Assembly (NCBI GenBank): GCA_964016885.1
Contig: OZ024745.1
Coordinates: 75,826,001-75,890,000 of the forward strand
Reading direction: 5' to 3'
DNA length: 64,000 nt
Source of the DNA: Eledone cirrhosa
Taxonomy: Eukaryota
The translations under genes and the position numbers were made by a program. The notes beneath the pieces are model-generated. The model was not told the origin of the DNA. It saw only the letters and a program-made list of their open reading frames with translations, and did no database searches. Each line of letters opens with the position of its first letter. Position 1 is the stretch's first letter. This document shows, piece by piece, positions 39,241-53,059 of this stretch.

Positions 39241-41493
39241 ATAACCACAAAAGACTTGCATTTTTTACAATAAAAATATTTTAAATATTGATGGAATTAT
39301 AATAAATCATCAAATAATTGTAAAGAGGTTTTAAAAGAATGACTAAATTTGTTGCTCAGTTTAACAACTCCACCTGATATTTGGGTACTGTTATCACATT
39401 GAGGATATCTTTCACTCTCCCTCCCACCAGTTTTGGAGGTCCTAAAAAAGGTCATGGGCATTGCCCTTCACTTATTGATTAAACATAAAAAAACAATAGC
39501 AAATCATCATGTTGCTTAAAAGACAATCAAGATAATTATTCTGATTGATAAGCATTTCTTTCCAATTTAGAAACCCCCAAAAAAAGCTTACATCTAATTT
39601 TCTTATACAAAAGATTGTTGTTTAGCCCCATGTCAACCTTGATTAAGCAGATCTATAAAATGCACTCCAGCAGTGACCATCCAATGACTACATTATTTTT
39701 CTTCTTCGCCCATTTATTCCTGAGAGGATTATGGGGACAGAGTCCTCAAACACTCCTTCCAGCGGGTCCTGTCAGAAGCAACCGTCTCCAACTGACCCGG
39801 TTGGATCCCAAGTGAGATCAGCCAAGCTCATGGATGCTATCCAACCTTCTGCTTGGGGTCTACTCCTGGGTCTCCTGCTGGTTTGTTTTGCCAATAAAAT
39901 CTGTCCAGTGATTGTTTCTTTAGAAATTCTGACCACATATCCATAGTGTCGGAGCTGTGATCTTTCAATTCAGAGAATTAGTGGCGTGGCTCTACTTGAA
40001 GTACCTCTCTGATCTCCAAGCTATGCAGTCTGTCTAGTAATGTTAGTCCAAAGTCCCTTCTGAGGAGCCCCATTTCAGCAGCTTGTATTCACAATTGTAT
40101 TTTTTTTTTATCATTCCCCAAGATTCATGACCATAGGTGATAGTGTTTATTATGACAAACCAGGGTATTTGTCTATCAGGAGTTGGCAACCTGCAATTCT
40201 TTAGCCTAAGTTTGAGTGGCTCTTAGCTACTCTGAAACAAATTTATTATTTTATTACAAATCCCACCGAGGTTAACTTTGCCTTTCATCCTTACGGGGTC
40301 GATAAAATAAAGTACAGTAATACACTGGGATAATTGCTGGCCTTGTGCCAAAAGTAGAAACAATTATTTTATTACATCTACAACCCTGTATTAAAATACA
40401 GTCCAGTAAATTCAAATTGCACTGAGTAAGAAAAATGTTAGCTAAATTCATGTTTTCTTGTATGTGTTTTTGTTTATAATGGTTTCTGATTTAGGCACAA
40501 AGCCAACTATTTGGCCCCAGTGTGTTACTAGTACTTTATTTTATCGACCTTGTAAGGATGAAAGGCAAAGCTAGCCTTGGCAGAATTTGAACTCAGAATG
40601 TAATGGGCTGTAACTCAATGCCACAAAGCATGTTGTTTATAATGTCTGATAGCCTAAATTATCTTTTAAACGTAAAAATAGCTTTTCAGATTGAATCGCG
40701 AGAAAAATTGTTTATCAACTAGTTACTCTTCTAGATGCCAAACATTCTATTAGTTATTAGCAAATACTACTATATATTTAAAATAATGTTATTTAGATTA
40801 GAATAGACTAGAAGACAGAAAACTTCTTAATGGTCATGTTTTGCAAATGACATTCTATGAAAGCAAAACACATATTTCATCTTGGAAGACATTAATAAAC
40901 TAATTTAATGTAGTATCAACTAAAATGCACTCATTACTTAAAATCTTTTGACACCAACCTGCTTGAAACCCCCTCCAGTTCAATGATCCAAAACTGTTTG
41001 CTTTACAATATTTATATTTATCTAAAAGCATTTCACGATGATTTTATGTAAGAACCATGTTATGCTCCAAACACCAGCTTAATAATGAGGAAGTTAGTTA
41101 TATTTGGAAATTATAGGTAGTGTCTTTCATAAGAAATATGGTAATGAAAGAGTTAAGAACCTTTGTTAAAGTTATCCTGTAAATACCAACTCAGTAATGA
41201 GAAATTTGTATTAATTCCTTCCATGCTTTACAGCATAGTTACAGTCCTTTACAGTCTGAGTTCAAATCCGGCCATGATTAACTTTGCCTTTCATCCTTAC
41301 GAGGTCGATAAAATAACATACCAGTAATGTGCTGGGGATCGATTTAATCGACTTTTCCCCTCCCCCAAATTGCTGGCCTTGTGCTTATAGTAGAAATCAT
41401 TAATTCCTTCCAAATTCTTGATTATTTTCAAAATTATAGGCAGTGTCTTTCATTAGAAATATGAGAATGGATACAGTTGATAGATATAAAATA

Positions 41494-42620
41494 CAGGGTG
41501 TTCAGGATAAATTTGATAGTCCAATTTTTTTTCAGATATACCCCTGTATCTGCGAAAAGTGAATGGCATTGTGAAACGTAATCACTACAGTTTTAAAGAT
41601 GTTGAAGTTAACTGAAATAAACAAATGGAAACCACCTGAATGTTGGAAAAGGGTAACCTCTATAATGATGATTCATGTCAGGCATCAACATTCTGCAATG
41701 AAGACAGCTGCTCAATGCTCTTCGAACACTGTGAAAGCAATAAGACGTCAAATGAAGAGCTGCATTGGAAACTACAAATCTGTGGCTTGTAGGAAAGAAC
41801 ATAGCAAATGTTGTTTGTCTCCATACACCAGAATGGATTCAACAACTGTAGAAAAAAGTGATGGAACACCCAGGCAAGGGAATGCATGTTGCAGCTTTCA
41901 CCATGAAGCTGGCCATGAATGAGGACCATACAAGAGGGATAAAGGCCAATTTCATACAGAAAGGCTCGAGAAAACCGTCTGATAAAGGCAAAGAAGCTCC
42001 TGAACAAAGTGAAACATCTTGTTGAACCAGAGACAATCTGATTCTTCTCTGATGAATGAAAAGAATTTTTGTCAGGACAGGTTCACAACACCTAGAACAA
42101 CAGATGGCTTGCCTACAATCTATATGATGTTTCTAATGTCATGAAGACCAAGTTTCCCCAATTTGTAATGGTTTTTGGATGTGTCTCCAGTAAAGGTGAT
42201 GTCATGCCATCTCACATCTTTGAACAGGGTCTCAGGTTCAATTCAGCTGGCTATGTGGAGTTGTTGATTACTGTGGTTAAGCCTTGGTTGGAGAGGGTAG
42301 CTTCTGGAAGACCATATGTGTGACAGCAAGTTTCAACTCCCTGCCACATCTCTGGGAAGACTTGGAAGTGGTTGTCAGAGAATTTTTACGATTCGTAAAA
42401 ATTCTCTGCCCCAACATTTGGCCTCCTAACTCCCCTGATTGTAATCCTATGAATTATTTTGTGTGGATTGAGAAAGACACCAACCGCACTGCCTGTAACA
42501 CCAACACTCAGTTGATCAACAGGATTAAGGAGGCGTTTGAGGCTCTCCTTAGGGACACCGTGAAGGTCACATATGCCAGATTGAGACCGTGGTGGATGCT
42601 AAGGGTGGCTTCTTTGAATG
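41494..42620 (+). mobile_element. Degenerate mariner/maT-like transposon, 3' truncated
   Basis: TA|CAGGGTG start; FSDE, VMVFGCVS and WPPNSPDCNPMNYFVW motifs with stops and frameshifts. Confidence 0.8.
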
Positions 42621-42657
42621 AATCATCATCATCGTTTAACGTCCATCTTCCACGCTA

Positions 42658-42867
<210 letters not shown>

Positions 42868-43109
42868 TCAAGTCAAGGAAAACAAATTTAAAAGATAACT
42901 CTTTATATAATTAAATCAACTTAGCTCTTTGCAGTCGTTTTTCTATTTTAGCAATATATTTTCATTCTTCCATCATCATTAATTCTACTTCAGTGTTTAC
43001 TCTCACCCACACTAACTAATCATTAAACTGTGGCCATGCTAGGACAACACTTTGAAGGGATCTAGCCAATCATACTGATCTGTATTTGTTGAGCCATTAA
43101 GTTACAGGA

Positions 43110-43795
43110 CATCAGCAGCGATTTGCGTTGGACGAGGCACGTCTCTAAAATTGTCAAGAGGGCCGAGGGTGTCTTAGCATCACTCAGCAAGACCTTTGTC
43201 AGCCGCTCTCCAGATATCTATTTAAGGCTGTATACAGCTATGGTGCGACCACACTTAGAATTTGCATCACCAGTCTGGAACCCCTATCTTGCTCAGGACA
43301 TTGACCGCCTGGAAACTGTTCAGAGACGTGCAACCAAGCGAATACCCTCCATCAGGCATCTACCATACTCTGAGCGCCTTGCTTCCCTGGGCATGGATTC
43401 ATTGAAGCTCCGACGCCTGGCAACTGACTTGGTAAACACCCACAAAATTGTTAACCATGTTGCCAACAACAACCCTGAGTGCCTTTTCGATTTCCATGTG
43501 TCTAACACACGTGGACATGCCCACAAAGTAAGAAAACAGCACAGTTCCCATGACTTTCGGAAACATTTTTTCACGCTCAGAGTTGCTGAAGCATGGAACA
43601 AACTACCTGCATCAGTTGTTAGCTGTCGAGACACTGCATCCTTTAAGGCCTCCATGCTTCCCGAGATCCGCCAACACTACAGCTAACACATACAAACATG
43701 TACTTCCCTGGCATTTGTGTATTATTCTATGTACTATATTGACGAGTTGTAGTGCACCTGAGCACTTTACACAATAATTTCATTATTATTATTAT
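43110..43795 (+). mobile_element. CR1/L2-like LINE 3' end, well preserved, inside the U12 intron
   Basis: Uninterrupted frame: LYTAMVRPHLEFASPVWNP, LETVQRRATK, TRGH, RKHFFTLRVAEAWNKLP; (ATT)n tail. Confidence 0.9.
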
Positions 43796-44044
43796 AGCAA
43801 ATTCAAACACAGAGAATTTTAGTGACCATGTTGCGCATTGAAAGATTCTTGTTGAATATATTGACTCCAGCAGTTTGTCTAGTGCTTATTTTATGGACAT
43901 CAGAAGGAGAAAAGGTAAAGTTAACCTAGTGAGATTTGAACACAGAATATAGCAAATACTACAAGGTCTGTTTTTTGTTACTATACTGACTTCTTTGCCA
44001 ATCTGCACAATTCTTCCCCTTTTGTTTTGTATTTATAAGAATCA

Positions 44045-44300
44045 TTAACCCTTTTGATACCAAACTACCTGAAACTACCCATAGTTTTATGATACAAAAC
44101 TTTGTTTTAAACTGTTTATATTTACCTAAAAACTTTTCACCACAACTTTATATAAGAACCTTTGTTAAGCTATATTCCAAATACCGGCTTAATCATAAAA
44201 TTAGTTACATTACTATAAATCCCTTCCAATTGAGTAATTTCAAAATTACTTGAAAATTATAGACAGCGTGTTTAATTAGAAATATGGCAAAAATAGGTAA
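44045..44300. mobile_element. TTAA-flanked ~250-bp MITE family (piggyBac-like ends)
   Basis: ttaaccctttt...gataccaaac...aaatatgg..a(a)agggttaa; copies in both orientations near 9950-10160, 26500-26640, 30900-31255, 34200-34467, 35120-35376, 35810-36483, 40940-41156, 41160-41470, 48330-48563, 49330-49505. Confidence 0.65.
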
Positions 44301-44377
44301 AGCAAAAAAAAAAAAGAAAGTAATGATAATTCAAATAAACAATGACATGAGGTTAAAAAACAACTAACAAAGGATAC

Positions 44378-44515
44378 GGCAAATTTACATGCAGCAACTT
44401 CTTGAAAAGAGATGCCAATTCATTCCTCTGCTCACTCTGATTCACCACAGGAGTCTTGGAAAGAGTCACTGTAACAAATGGCCACTTAATGGCTTTCAAT
44501 AAGTCTTCAAAATCA
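44378..44515 (-). CDS. RINT1: RINT1 coding exon 4 (ends at a U12-type donor)
   Basis: ttcag| DFEDLLKAIKWPFV...LFKKLLHVNL CC|GTATCCTTT; 138 nt, phase 2->2. Confidence 0.92.
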
Positions 44516-45558
44516 CTGAAAATATATACATCATAACTAGTCAACATCATAACGGTAATCAACATCATAACTAGTCAACATCATAACTGTAATCAATATC
44601 ATAATTGTAATTAACATCATGATAATGGTTTCTAACTTAAGCATAAAGCCATATATTTGAGGGTGAGAGTGTAGTTGGTTATTTTGACTGAAGTACTTAT
44701 TTTAATGACCATGGATGGATGAAAGGTAAAGTTGACGCTAGCAAGATTTGGACTATAACTAAATAATTGTTTCTACTTTAGGCACAAGACCAGCAATTAC
44801 CCAGTGCATTACTGGTACTTTTATTTTATCGACCCCGTAAGGCAAAGTCAACCTCGGCGGGATTTGAACTCAGATCGTAAAGGGACGTAACTATGCTGGA
44901 AAGCATGGCGTCCGACCCTCTACCGATACTGCCAATCCACCCGGACTATAACTAAATAATGCATGCCATTTTGTCCAACACTCCAATGACTTTGCTCATC
45001 CACCGCCCTTATCATAATTGTTTTTATTTTTGGTACAAAGTCAGCAATTTGAAGGTAAGAGAGACTCAATTAAATCAACCCCAGTGCACTTCTGGCATTT
45101 TTTAAAAATTTATCCTCCTAAGCAAGATGAAAGGTAAAATAGACTTAGGTGGGATTTAGATATGAGGGCATAACTAGATACTGTAATATATGGCACTCTA
45201 CATAAGTAATGATTTCTTAGGCGTAAAACCACTTAGTTCTTGGTGAGGGAACAGTTGATTATACTGACCCTACTCCTTGACTGGTACGTTATTTTATCAA
45301 CACTAGAAGGCTGAAAGGCCAAGTTAATCTATCTTCTTCATTTTACATCCTGATTTCAATGTTGACAGAGAAAGGACAGACCACTGCCATCTTGGAGGGA
45401 TGTGGTTAATCAGGTGAGGTTGTGGTGTTCCCTGTTATAGAGGTGGCACCTATGAGCTGAAAAGTTCATAGGCATGGAATGTAATAAAATGAGGTTTATT
45501 TTTCAACATAGACTCCCTTGTGGAGATAGCAAACTTTCATTAGGGTCTAGTTTCTTAC

Positions 45559-45732
45559 CTTGCAAATTTGTTTTTAAGTATTTTGTACCAAAACAAGATT
45601 GTATTCCTGTGAAATCGAAGTAGATTTTCACAACTAGATATTTCTAAATCTGTATATATATTAGTCATTTCTTGGAATGCTTCAACTGCATCCTGGGGAT
45701 TTTCTACAAGTAGCGAAGTCTGGATGGAAGAA
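45559..45732 (-). CDS. RINT1: RINT1 coding exon 3
   Basis: ctttag| SSIQTSLLVENPQDAVEAF...TILFWYKILKNKFA AG|GTAAGA; 174 nt, phase 2->2. Confidence 0.92.
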
Positions 45733-46129
45733 CTAAAGTTAAATGAAAAAAACAAAATAGATTAAAATAGAAAATTAAAATTAAATCATTTCATTTTAGG
45801 ATTTATATAATTGGAATTTAGTTTATCTTGTTTAACAATGAAAATAAAATTGATGTAAAAAAATAAATAAATAAAACACAGTTCTATTGGCACAGCATTT
45901 ATCTGCTCAACTAATTCATAGCTATTATTCACCTGATACTAATTTGAACATCACAGATAGTATTTCTGTAGAAACTAAATGTTAACATATTACAGATGGA
46001 CTGCAATGATGGAGCAACCCTAAATATGAATCCACTCATTCTCAGGTGACCATGCAAACCTTCTTTATTTCAGACACAAAAAGGAAATACCAACCCTTCA
46101 CCCCTTTACAAGTATCCACCTTCATCTTC

Positions 46130-47220
46130 CTTTTCTACCTCTTATGGAAAACTTCCAAACTTCCGAACTAGCACAATCAAGGTAGGCCCAATGAAAGGAG
46201 GATTAGAAGAGATAGTAGAAGTGCTAGAGTGAAACAAAATTGATATATGTTGTTGTACAAGAGACTAGATAGAGAGGAAAATCAGCTAGACTCCTCATAG
46301 GCAAAACCAGTGCTACACATTTTTCTAGGGAGGCAATGACAATGGCCTGAGTGGAGTAGGTATAATGTTAGCTGAAAAATGAGGAGATAAGGTAATTTCT
46401 GTAAATAGAGTGAATGAGAGAATCATTAAAGTTAGACTAGTCCTAAATAAAACAATGGTTACAATTACATCTGCATATGCACTTCAATCTGGGTTGTCAG
46501 GTGAACTAAAAATGGATTTTACAAATACCTAATGCATACTACTTCCCTAATGAATGACAGTGACTCCCTAATCATTGCAGGGGACTTTAATGGACATGCT
46601 GGACAAAACTGTGATAGCTTCTACAGAGTCCATGGGAGCTACAGGTTTGGTGTGAGAAACAAAGGAGGTTTCAGGCTTCTAGAATTATGTGAAACCAATA
46701 ATCTACCTATATGCAACATAAACTTTTTAAAAAATGACAACTACCTGATCACCTATAGATCTGGTGAGCATGCTATTCAAATAGATTTTATCCTCCCTAG
46801 AAGACGAGATAGAGTGACAGTTGTAAACACAAAATCCTTCACTGGTGGGGAATGCACATTCCAGCATAACCTAGTAGTTAGCAACTTCATTGTTAGAGTT
46901 AGAAGGCAACCTGGGGGAGAAGGATATGGAAGTTAAAAGAGCACTCAGCTAGTAACATATTCAAACGTATTTTGCTTAACGCTTACGACAGTAAGGAAGA
47001 ATAAATAGAGACATTCAATATAAAGGAGCATTGGAAATTCCTGAAAGATAATTTGTTGAAGGCAACAGATGGGATCTGTGGACGGAACAGGGCTACAAAT
47101 AGAAGGAGAGTGAACAGTAAGGTGGATGAAATAATTAAGGCCAAGAGACAGGCATGGAAAAATGAAGGAATGGGGGAAGCAGAGTGCACTACCGGGAAGC
47201 CAGAAGAGAAACTAGGCAAC
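46130..47220 (+). mobile_element. RTE LINE endonuclease relic
   Basis: SAYALQ, IIAGDFNGH, ITYRSG...QIDFIL, QHNLVV. Confidence 0.85.
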
Positions 47221-47749
47221 AAGTAGGAGTCACAACAAAAAGCACTGTAAATGTGGTTGGCATTAGGAGGGGCATCCAACCATAGAAACCTAGCCAGAAA
47301 CAGTTCTGTATGAGCAAGACACGCTGACTGGACCCAGCTTGCCTAAAACTGGACAACCCATCTAACCCATGTTAGCATGGAAAAATGGACATTAAACAGT
47401 GATGATAATGATAATGATGATGACTATAAGATAAAATGTGAAAATCCAGAAAATATAAAAATATATAAAACTATGATGTAGATTAAGGTTAAATTTTACA
47501 GTAGGTAGTATGTCTCTAGTGTAGTTGTTATAATACACAAGAACCATAATGAATATTAATGCAGTAAGTTAATTACAGGAGGAGGGATAATTATTTAATT
47601 AAAGGATAGTAAAGAAGTAAAAAGGGTAGTGAAATACAATTAATGAATGATAATAATTAATACCTAATTGAATCTATTGGTATGAAGACGCTACTAAGAC
47701 ATGTGGTATTAGAAATTTATATCATATATGAAGTATATGATAACTTGCT

Positions 47750-48000
47750 GACTGTTCCTCTATACATGGCTTGTACAGCTTTCCACAAGTCACTCATTTA
47801 CTCCTAGTTTTCTAAGAGCCCACCAGATAATGGAATGGGGGACTCTGTCAAAGGCTTTCTCCAAGTCAATAAAAGCTAAGTTGAGGGGTTTACTTTTAGC
47901 TAGGTACTTCTCCTGCAGTTGCTTCACAAGGAAAAGAGTATCTGTGGTACTTTCACCTGACAAATATCCAAACTGCATTTCATCAAGGTTAACTCCATCC
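47750..48000 (-). mobile_element. RTE LINE RT fragment
   Basis: QFGY...STTDTLF...AFIDLEKAFDRVPHSIIWWALRKLGV. Confidence 0.85.
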
Positions 48001-49113
48001 CTAATCTCTGACCTTTATGATCTGGTCAACCAACTTAATGCCTCTATAGTTTTCTCTGCCCTTGTAGCAATTGATGATGATGTTGCTACGTCACATGACT
48101 CCCAAGTGAGAAACATGCTAATCAGATCCTGTATTAGTACCCCAATAGAAAGAGGTGAAGGGAACATCCCAAGATGAACTGGCAACAGTCAATCAACAGG
48201 TACCTGAAACCCATCAACAAAAGCTAGAATGATGTATTGATAGATGCAACTGACCATGGTCATTGGAGTACTTTGGCTGTCTCATGCATCTCAAGACGTG
48301 GGAGCTTCTAAGTCTAAGTGAGTTTGAGTTCCCTTTTGATATCAAACTACCTGAAACTGCCCCTGGTTTTATTTTAAAATGTTTATACTTATCTAAAAAC
48401 CTAACATAATTTTAACCTCTGTTAAGTTATGCTCCAAACACAAGTTTAATAATGACAAAGTTAGTTACTTTACTAAATCCCTCTAAATTTACGATTATTT
48501 TCAAAATGAATTAAAAATTACAGGCTGTTTATTTTATTAGAAATATGTTAATGAAAGAGTTAAGCTACGCTAAGAGCTTAACAATAATAGAGGTGCTGCA
48601 GATTGAAACATTGTAATCTAGAAATAAAATAGAAATTACGAACATAAAAGAGGGAACAGTGAACTAGAATATTTTTCAGCAACTAATGAAATGCTAGTCA
48701 ACCACTGCAACAGCAACAAATATATATTTGCAATGAGCTCTAATGAAGTACTGACCTGTCCAAACCATGCAAATACGAAAAGATGGACATAAAATGATGA
48801 TGATAATGATGATGAGAAGTGTTGAAGAAAGCAAAATGTTATATTTAACTCTTCTGAAATAAGTCTACTCAAAATGGCCTCCAATTCAATGAAATAAAAA
48901 CCATAGTTTAACCCTTTAATATTTAAACCGGCTGTATCCAGCCAGAATTCCCTCAACTCTTTCTATTCAAACTAGCCATAATCGACTGCTCATACTGATG
49001 TTAAGGTATTGCTCTCAAAATAAATAACATCAAAATCTTGTAGATTCGATATTGTGTGAGATAATTATGTAGGGTAAAGCCTTTACCATGAAAATATAAT
49101 AGTAAATACAATA

Positions 49114-49287
49114 CAGTGAAATTCCATTATAAAAAAATTCAGAGTATAAAATAAAATTTGTTGTAACAAAAAATTCTTTATAACGAGATCAACCTTACAC
49201 ATTGAGCATGTGGGTGGGGATTGAAAAAAAATTCATTATACTGATAAATTCGTTATAATGGTATTCATTATAACGGAATTTTACCTG
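49114..49287. mobile_element. TA-flanked Tc1/pogo-like MITE nested in a TTAA MITE
   Basis: TA|cagtgaaattccattataa ... ttataacggaattttacctg|TA; absent from the sister copy at 23832-24047. Confidence 0.7.
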
Positions 49288-51095
49288 TAGTAATCACAAT
49301 ATATAAAGTAATGTAAATAACTAAAGGGTTAAAAGGTTCCTATTTAGAGTGAAACTACCAACATAATTTTATACAAGAAACTTTTGGTATGTTACAACTA
49401 CCATCTTAATAATGAAACAATTAACAATTTTAGTAAATCCTTTCAAATTCTTCATTAATTGAAATACAATGTATTTCCTTAAGAATATAGTCACAATAGG
49501 GTTAAGTAACAACTCATACACACATCAAAGGAATATGCTGTCAATTAAGTAAAGATATGCCAGAGAATGAGACTACATTTTCAACTTTTATTAGCAGTTC
49601 AGAACGTAGGAAATAATATAGAGCTTGATAGTTCTTATTTGAGAAATGTGTATTCTAAAAATAATAGCAGTCTACAATGGTTTATTTCTGGAGATTTTGT
49701 ATAATATAAAAGTATCAGATATCATTTATTTGTGTTTGTGCTGTTCTCCCTGCTCACTAATATTTCTTTCTAGCTATGAGTTAGCATGGTTAATGTACAT
49801 TACTGAATTCCAATATCTATGGCAAATATAGATGATCTACTATATATCATTTTCATCTGATTTTTCATGCTGGCGTAGCTTGAGTGATTCTTCTTCACCA
49901 CACTATGTCACCACTTATTGCATTTCATTGTCATCTCCTCCTTGGGAGTTCAGCCTCCCAAGATCATCTGTCACCCCTTCTTGCTTGGTCTTCTACTACA
50001 GGTTCCTTCTATTTGAATTGCTTGGCACTTCTTTACACAACTATTATTCTTCATACACATCACATATTCATACCAGCACAGTCTTCTTTTACACACTTCA
50101 TCTGATTTTCCTTATATCCAGTTTTTTTCTCAGCCCAGTTGTTCATGTACTTCCCATATCCTGTGGAGCATGCCTACCTCACTTTCCAGTCTTTGCACGC
50201 ACACACACACACACAATGGCTGCGACTCAATTTTGAGTAATGCCATCACTGATACTTGAGCATGAAGCAATTTATTCTCCCTTTTGCCATATATACTTGG
50301 ACTTCCTCATTACCTAATAAAAAGACTGTAGTGAAGCACTCAAAAAGATTCTGTAGCTGCTTCATCTCAAAGATGACTTCGTACAAGTGTGTGTATGTAA
50401 CATCATAATAGTAGTGTGTAGTTGTGGTTGGTATAATTTTGGAGAATCTGCTTTATCTATAGATCCACATGCACAAACTGCTGATAGAAACAAAATCAAA
50501 CAAGCAAAGGAGTCTCTCCCTGCAATCAATAGCAGTCTCATATCTGATCCTATTGCCCACACTGGGCAATGTAGCCCTACATACACAATGTATGAAAGAA
50601 TGACAAGGTCAAGGCTGGAAAACCATTGTTCATAGTTCTACTTGATCAGTGTTGACCTGGAGTTAAACAACTTTTGTTCTTTCTTTAGTTCCTCTTGCTC
50701 CATATGGATGGAACATTGGGTGACAAGAACCTTTACCCAGGACAGATGCAAGTCCTGTCATAAGCCTGCTCCTAGGTGAGGCTCATGTCTACCAGGCCCC
50801 ATAGACCTCAAGTAGGTCTTGGCAGTTTGTCTTGCCTTTTACATTGACCCTCCTGGCTTCCACATGAGAAAGACTATCACAATTCTCTTTGTAGCATGCT
50901 ATTTGTAGCAGAGAGGACACCTTCATTGGTATTTTTTCCTTTGTTTTTGCATAAAGAGATAATGGAAAGGGCCAGGCTGAGTAATCTACAGAATACCATC
51001 ACTATAAGCTGGTGGAAGATGATTGGTCATGCACTGCACACCAACAATAACCATAATAAAAAAAAACAAAAAAAACATAACAAATAAGTAAGTAC

Positions 51096-51337
51096 CTTAA
51101 TTCATCTATTTTGGCTATGAGCCCAAAATATTGTGTATATCTGCTTAGTTCATCAACTTGACTTGTGATCTGAGAAAGTTCCTCAAAGAGAGGTTCCATC
51201 AGCTTTGTGTGTTTTTCAATCTCATCATGCAACAGTATTTCTTCATTGCAGAAGGATTTGACTCGAGACTGTGCCGCTTCTGCATTGCTAATAGCTTTCT
51301 TGATCTCACTTGGAACTTCAGTACTGGCTAATGATAG
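51096..51337 (-). CDS. RINT1: RINT1 coding exon 2
   Basis: tctcttcag| LSLASTEVPSEIKKAISNAEAAQSRVKSFCNEE...YFGLIAKIDEL AG|GTACTT; 242 nt, phase 0->2. Confidence 0.9.
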
Positions 51338-51596
51338 CTGAAGAGAAATATATCAATAAGATTATTTTAGTTGTGAAAAATACAATGAGAAATGTCTATT
51401 TTTGTTTTTGCATTATTTTTATTAGTATTGTGGAATAAGTAATATTTGGTCTCTAAGCAAACTTTAATAAAGCTACATCTGTGGATTATATACTACATAC
51501 ATATATATATAATATATATAATTGGTGTGGGACGCTTAAAGCATCCGTAAGCGGTAGGCCGTTTGAGCACTCTATGCTCTTACAGGTCAGAGTATG

Positions 51597-51747
51597 ATAT
51601 CACATAAGAAACGGAGAATCAGTGTTGCGATGAATAAAATTTGTTAGACATATTACATGCCTCGAGCTGGTCACCAGAGAAACGATTGTAATATGTCTAA
51701 TAAATGTTATTTGTCGCAACACTGATTCTCCGTTTCTTATGTGATAT
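51597..51747. repeat. Hairpin palindrome, arms about 62 bp
   Basis: atatcacataagaaacggagaatcagtgttgcga ... tcgcaacactgattctccgtttcttatgtgatat. Confidence 0.9.
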
Positions 51748-52280
51748 ATATATATAATTATCTGTTTGTCTCTAATGCACTTAAAAACCAGTGAACCAAT
51801 CATGTTAAAACTTAGCATATGAGTTACTTAGACTCAGGAATAGGTTTTCCTCACACTTGGACCTATATTCATTTGTTTATATGTCTGAGTTTGGAAAAAT
51901 AACATTGGTAGTCATGGAGAGAAAGAAAGAGATAAAGAAAGTGAGTGAGGCTGTTCAAATGTCACTTTTTTTAATGAAATTTCATTATTTTCTTTAACCT
52001 GTACTCCTCAAACCATCAGACTATACTTCAAATCTGTTGGATAGAATTGTGCACTCCCGTTTTCTGAAGCATAATAGATAGACAAAAAATATGAGCACTC
52101 TGCAAACGTGATTGTGACATGATTGGCTGCTGTTAAATAATTAACTCTCCCTCTCTTTTTCACAAAAGTGGTGATGGGGCAGTGTGTGTATGTGTATGCA
52201 TGTGTGTGTTGGCGTTTTTAAATTAGAGATATGTGCGTGTGTGTGTGTCACCATTCTTAAGTTAGAGACATATATATATA

Positions 52281-53051
52281 CTAACAGAATGGCTAAACAT
52301 TGCCCGAGCTTCTAAACATACATTGGCATGTTTATCCCTCCTTTCTGAAACAGTACAGAGAAGTACGGAATACCTCGGCCTGGGAATGGTGTCTACATTT
52401 TGTGCTTATAAAAAAAATTTGTCATAGATTACCTTAACTTAATTGGGTGCCTGAGAGTAAAATGTTCAACCCACAAAAGCCAAGACGATAGGGTTAAATA
52501 AAAAGGCATTCAACAAACCGAACATGTATTTGTTGTACTATGGTAGAATGAAAGTTACAGAGCAGTAAGCATGTGGGATTGCAGTGGTGGAGAGCATGAA
52601 GGAATTTAGTTGGATACTTTTAAGGTTAAAAAAATCTACCCAATCTGATATAGACCGAACTGTTATATCGGATGCCAAACGCTTTGGAGTTACTATTGGG
52701 GTTACCATCAACAATTTCAAGGGATGTACGTTTAAGTAGGGATAATATAGTCTATAAAGAGAGGCAACTCTTTCAAAATACTAAAGAGTTGTCTCTCTTG
52801 AACACTGTAGACAAAATTGCTGAACTGAACTGACAAAAAGGGCTTAAAGTTTTAGTGAAAAAAAAACGCCTTTAACAACAGAAAATTGAAAAATAAAAGC
52901 TGCAGTTAATATCTTTAGACCGCAAGGAATATATCAATGCAAGTTTGAAGTCAATCGGAGTAGAAATGTGGATTGGTATAGACTTTGCCAAAATTAGGAC
53001 ACACACACACACACACACACAGACAATTTCAGTTTTATATATATGTATAGA
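52281..53051 (-). mobile_element. Non-autonomous Helitron-like element
   Basis: Minus strand starts A|TCTATACATATATATAAAAC, has an internal (TG)n, ends ctcgggcaatgtttagccattctgTTAG|T; no TSD. Confidence 0.65.
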
Positions 53052-53059
53052 TGTTACTG

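Noticed and set aside
43123-43686. Novel 187-aa gene
   Set aside because: It is the C-terminus of LINE ORF2, lacks a true ATG start, and sister tails occur at 20485 and 63052.
50715-50840. Cluster of small stem-loops suggesting a structured ncRNA
   Set aside because: Stems of 5-6 bp are expected by chance; no snoRNA, tRNA or Pol III signatures identified.
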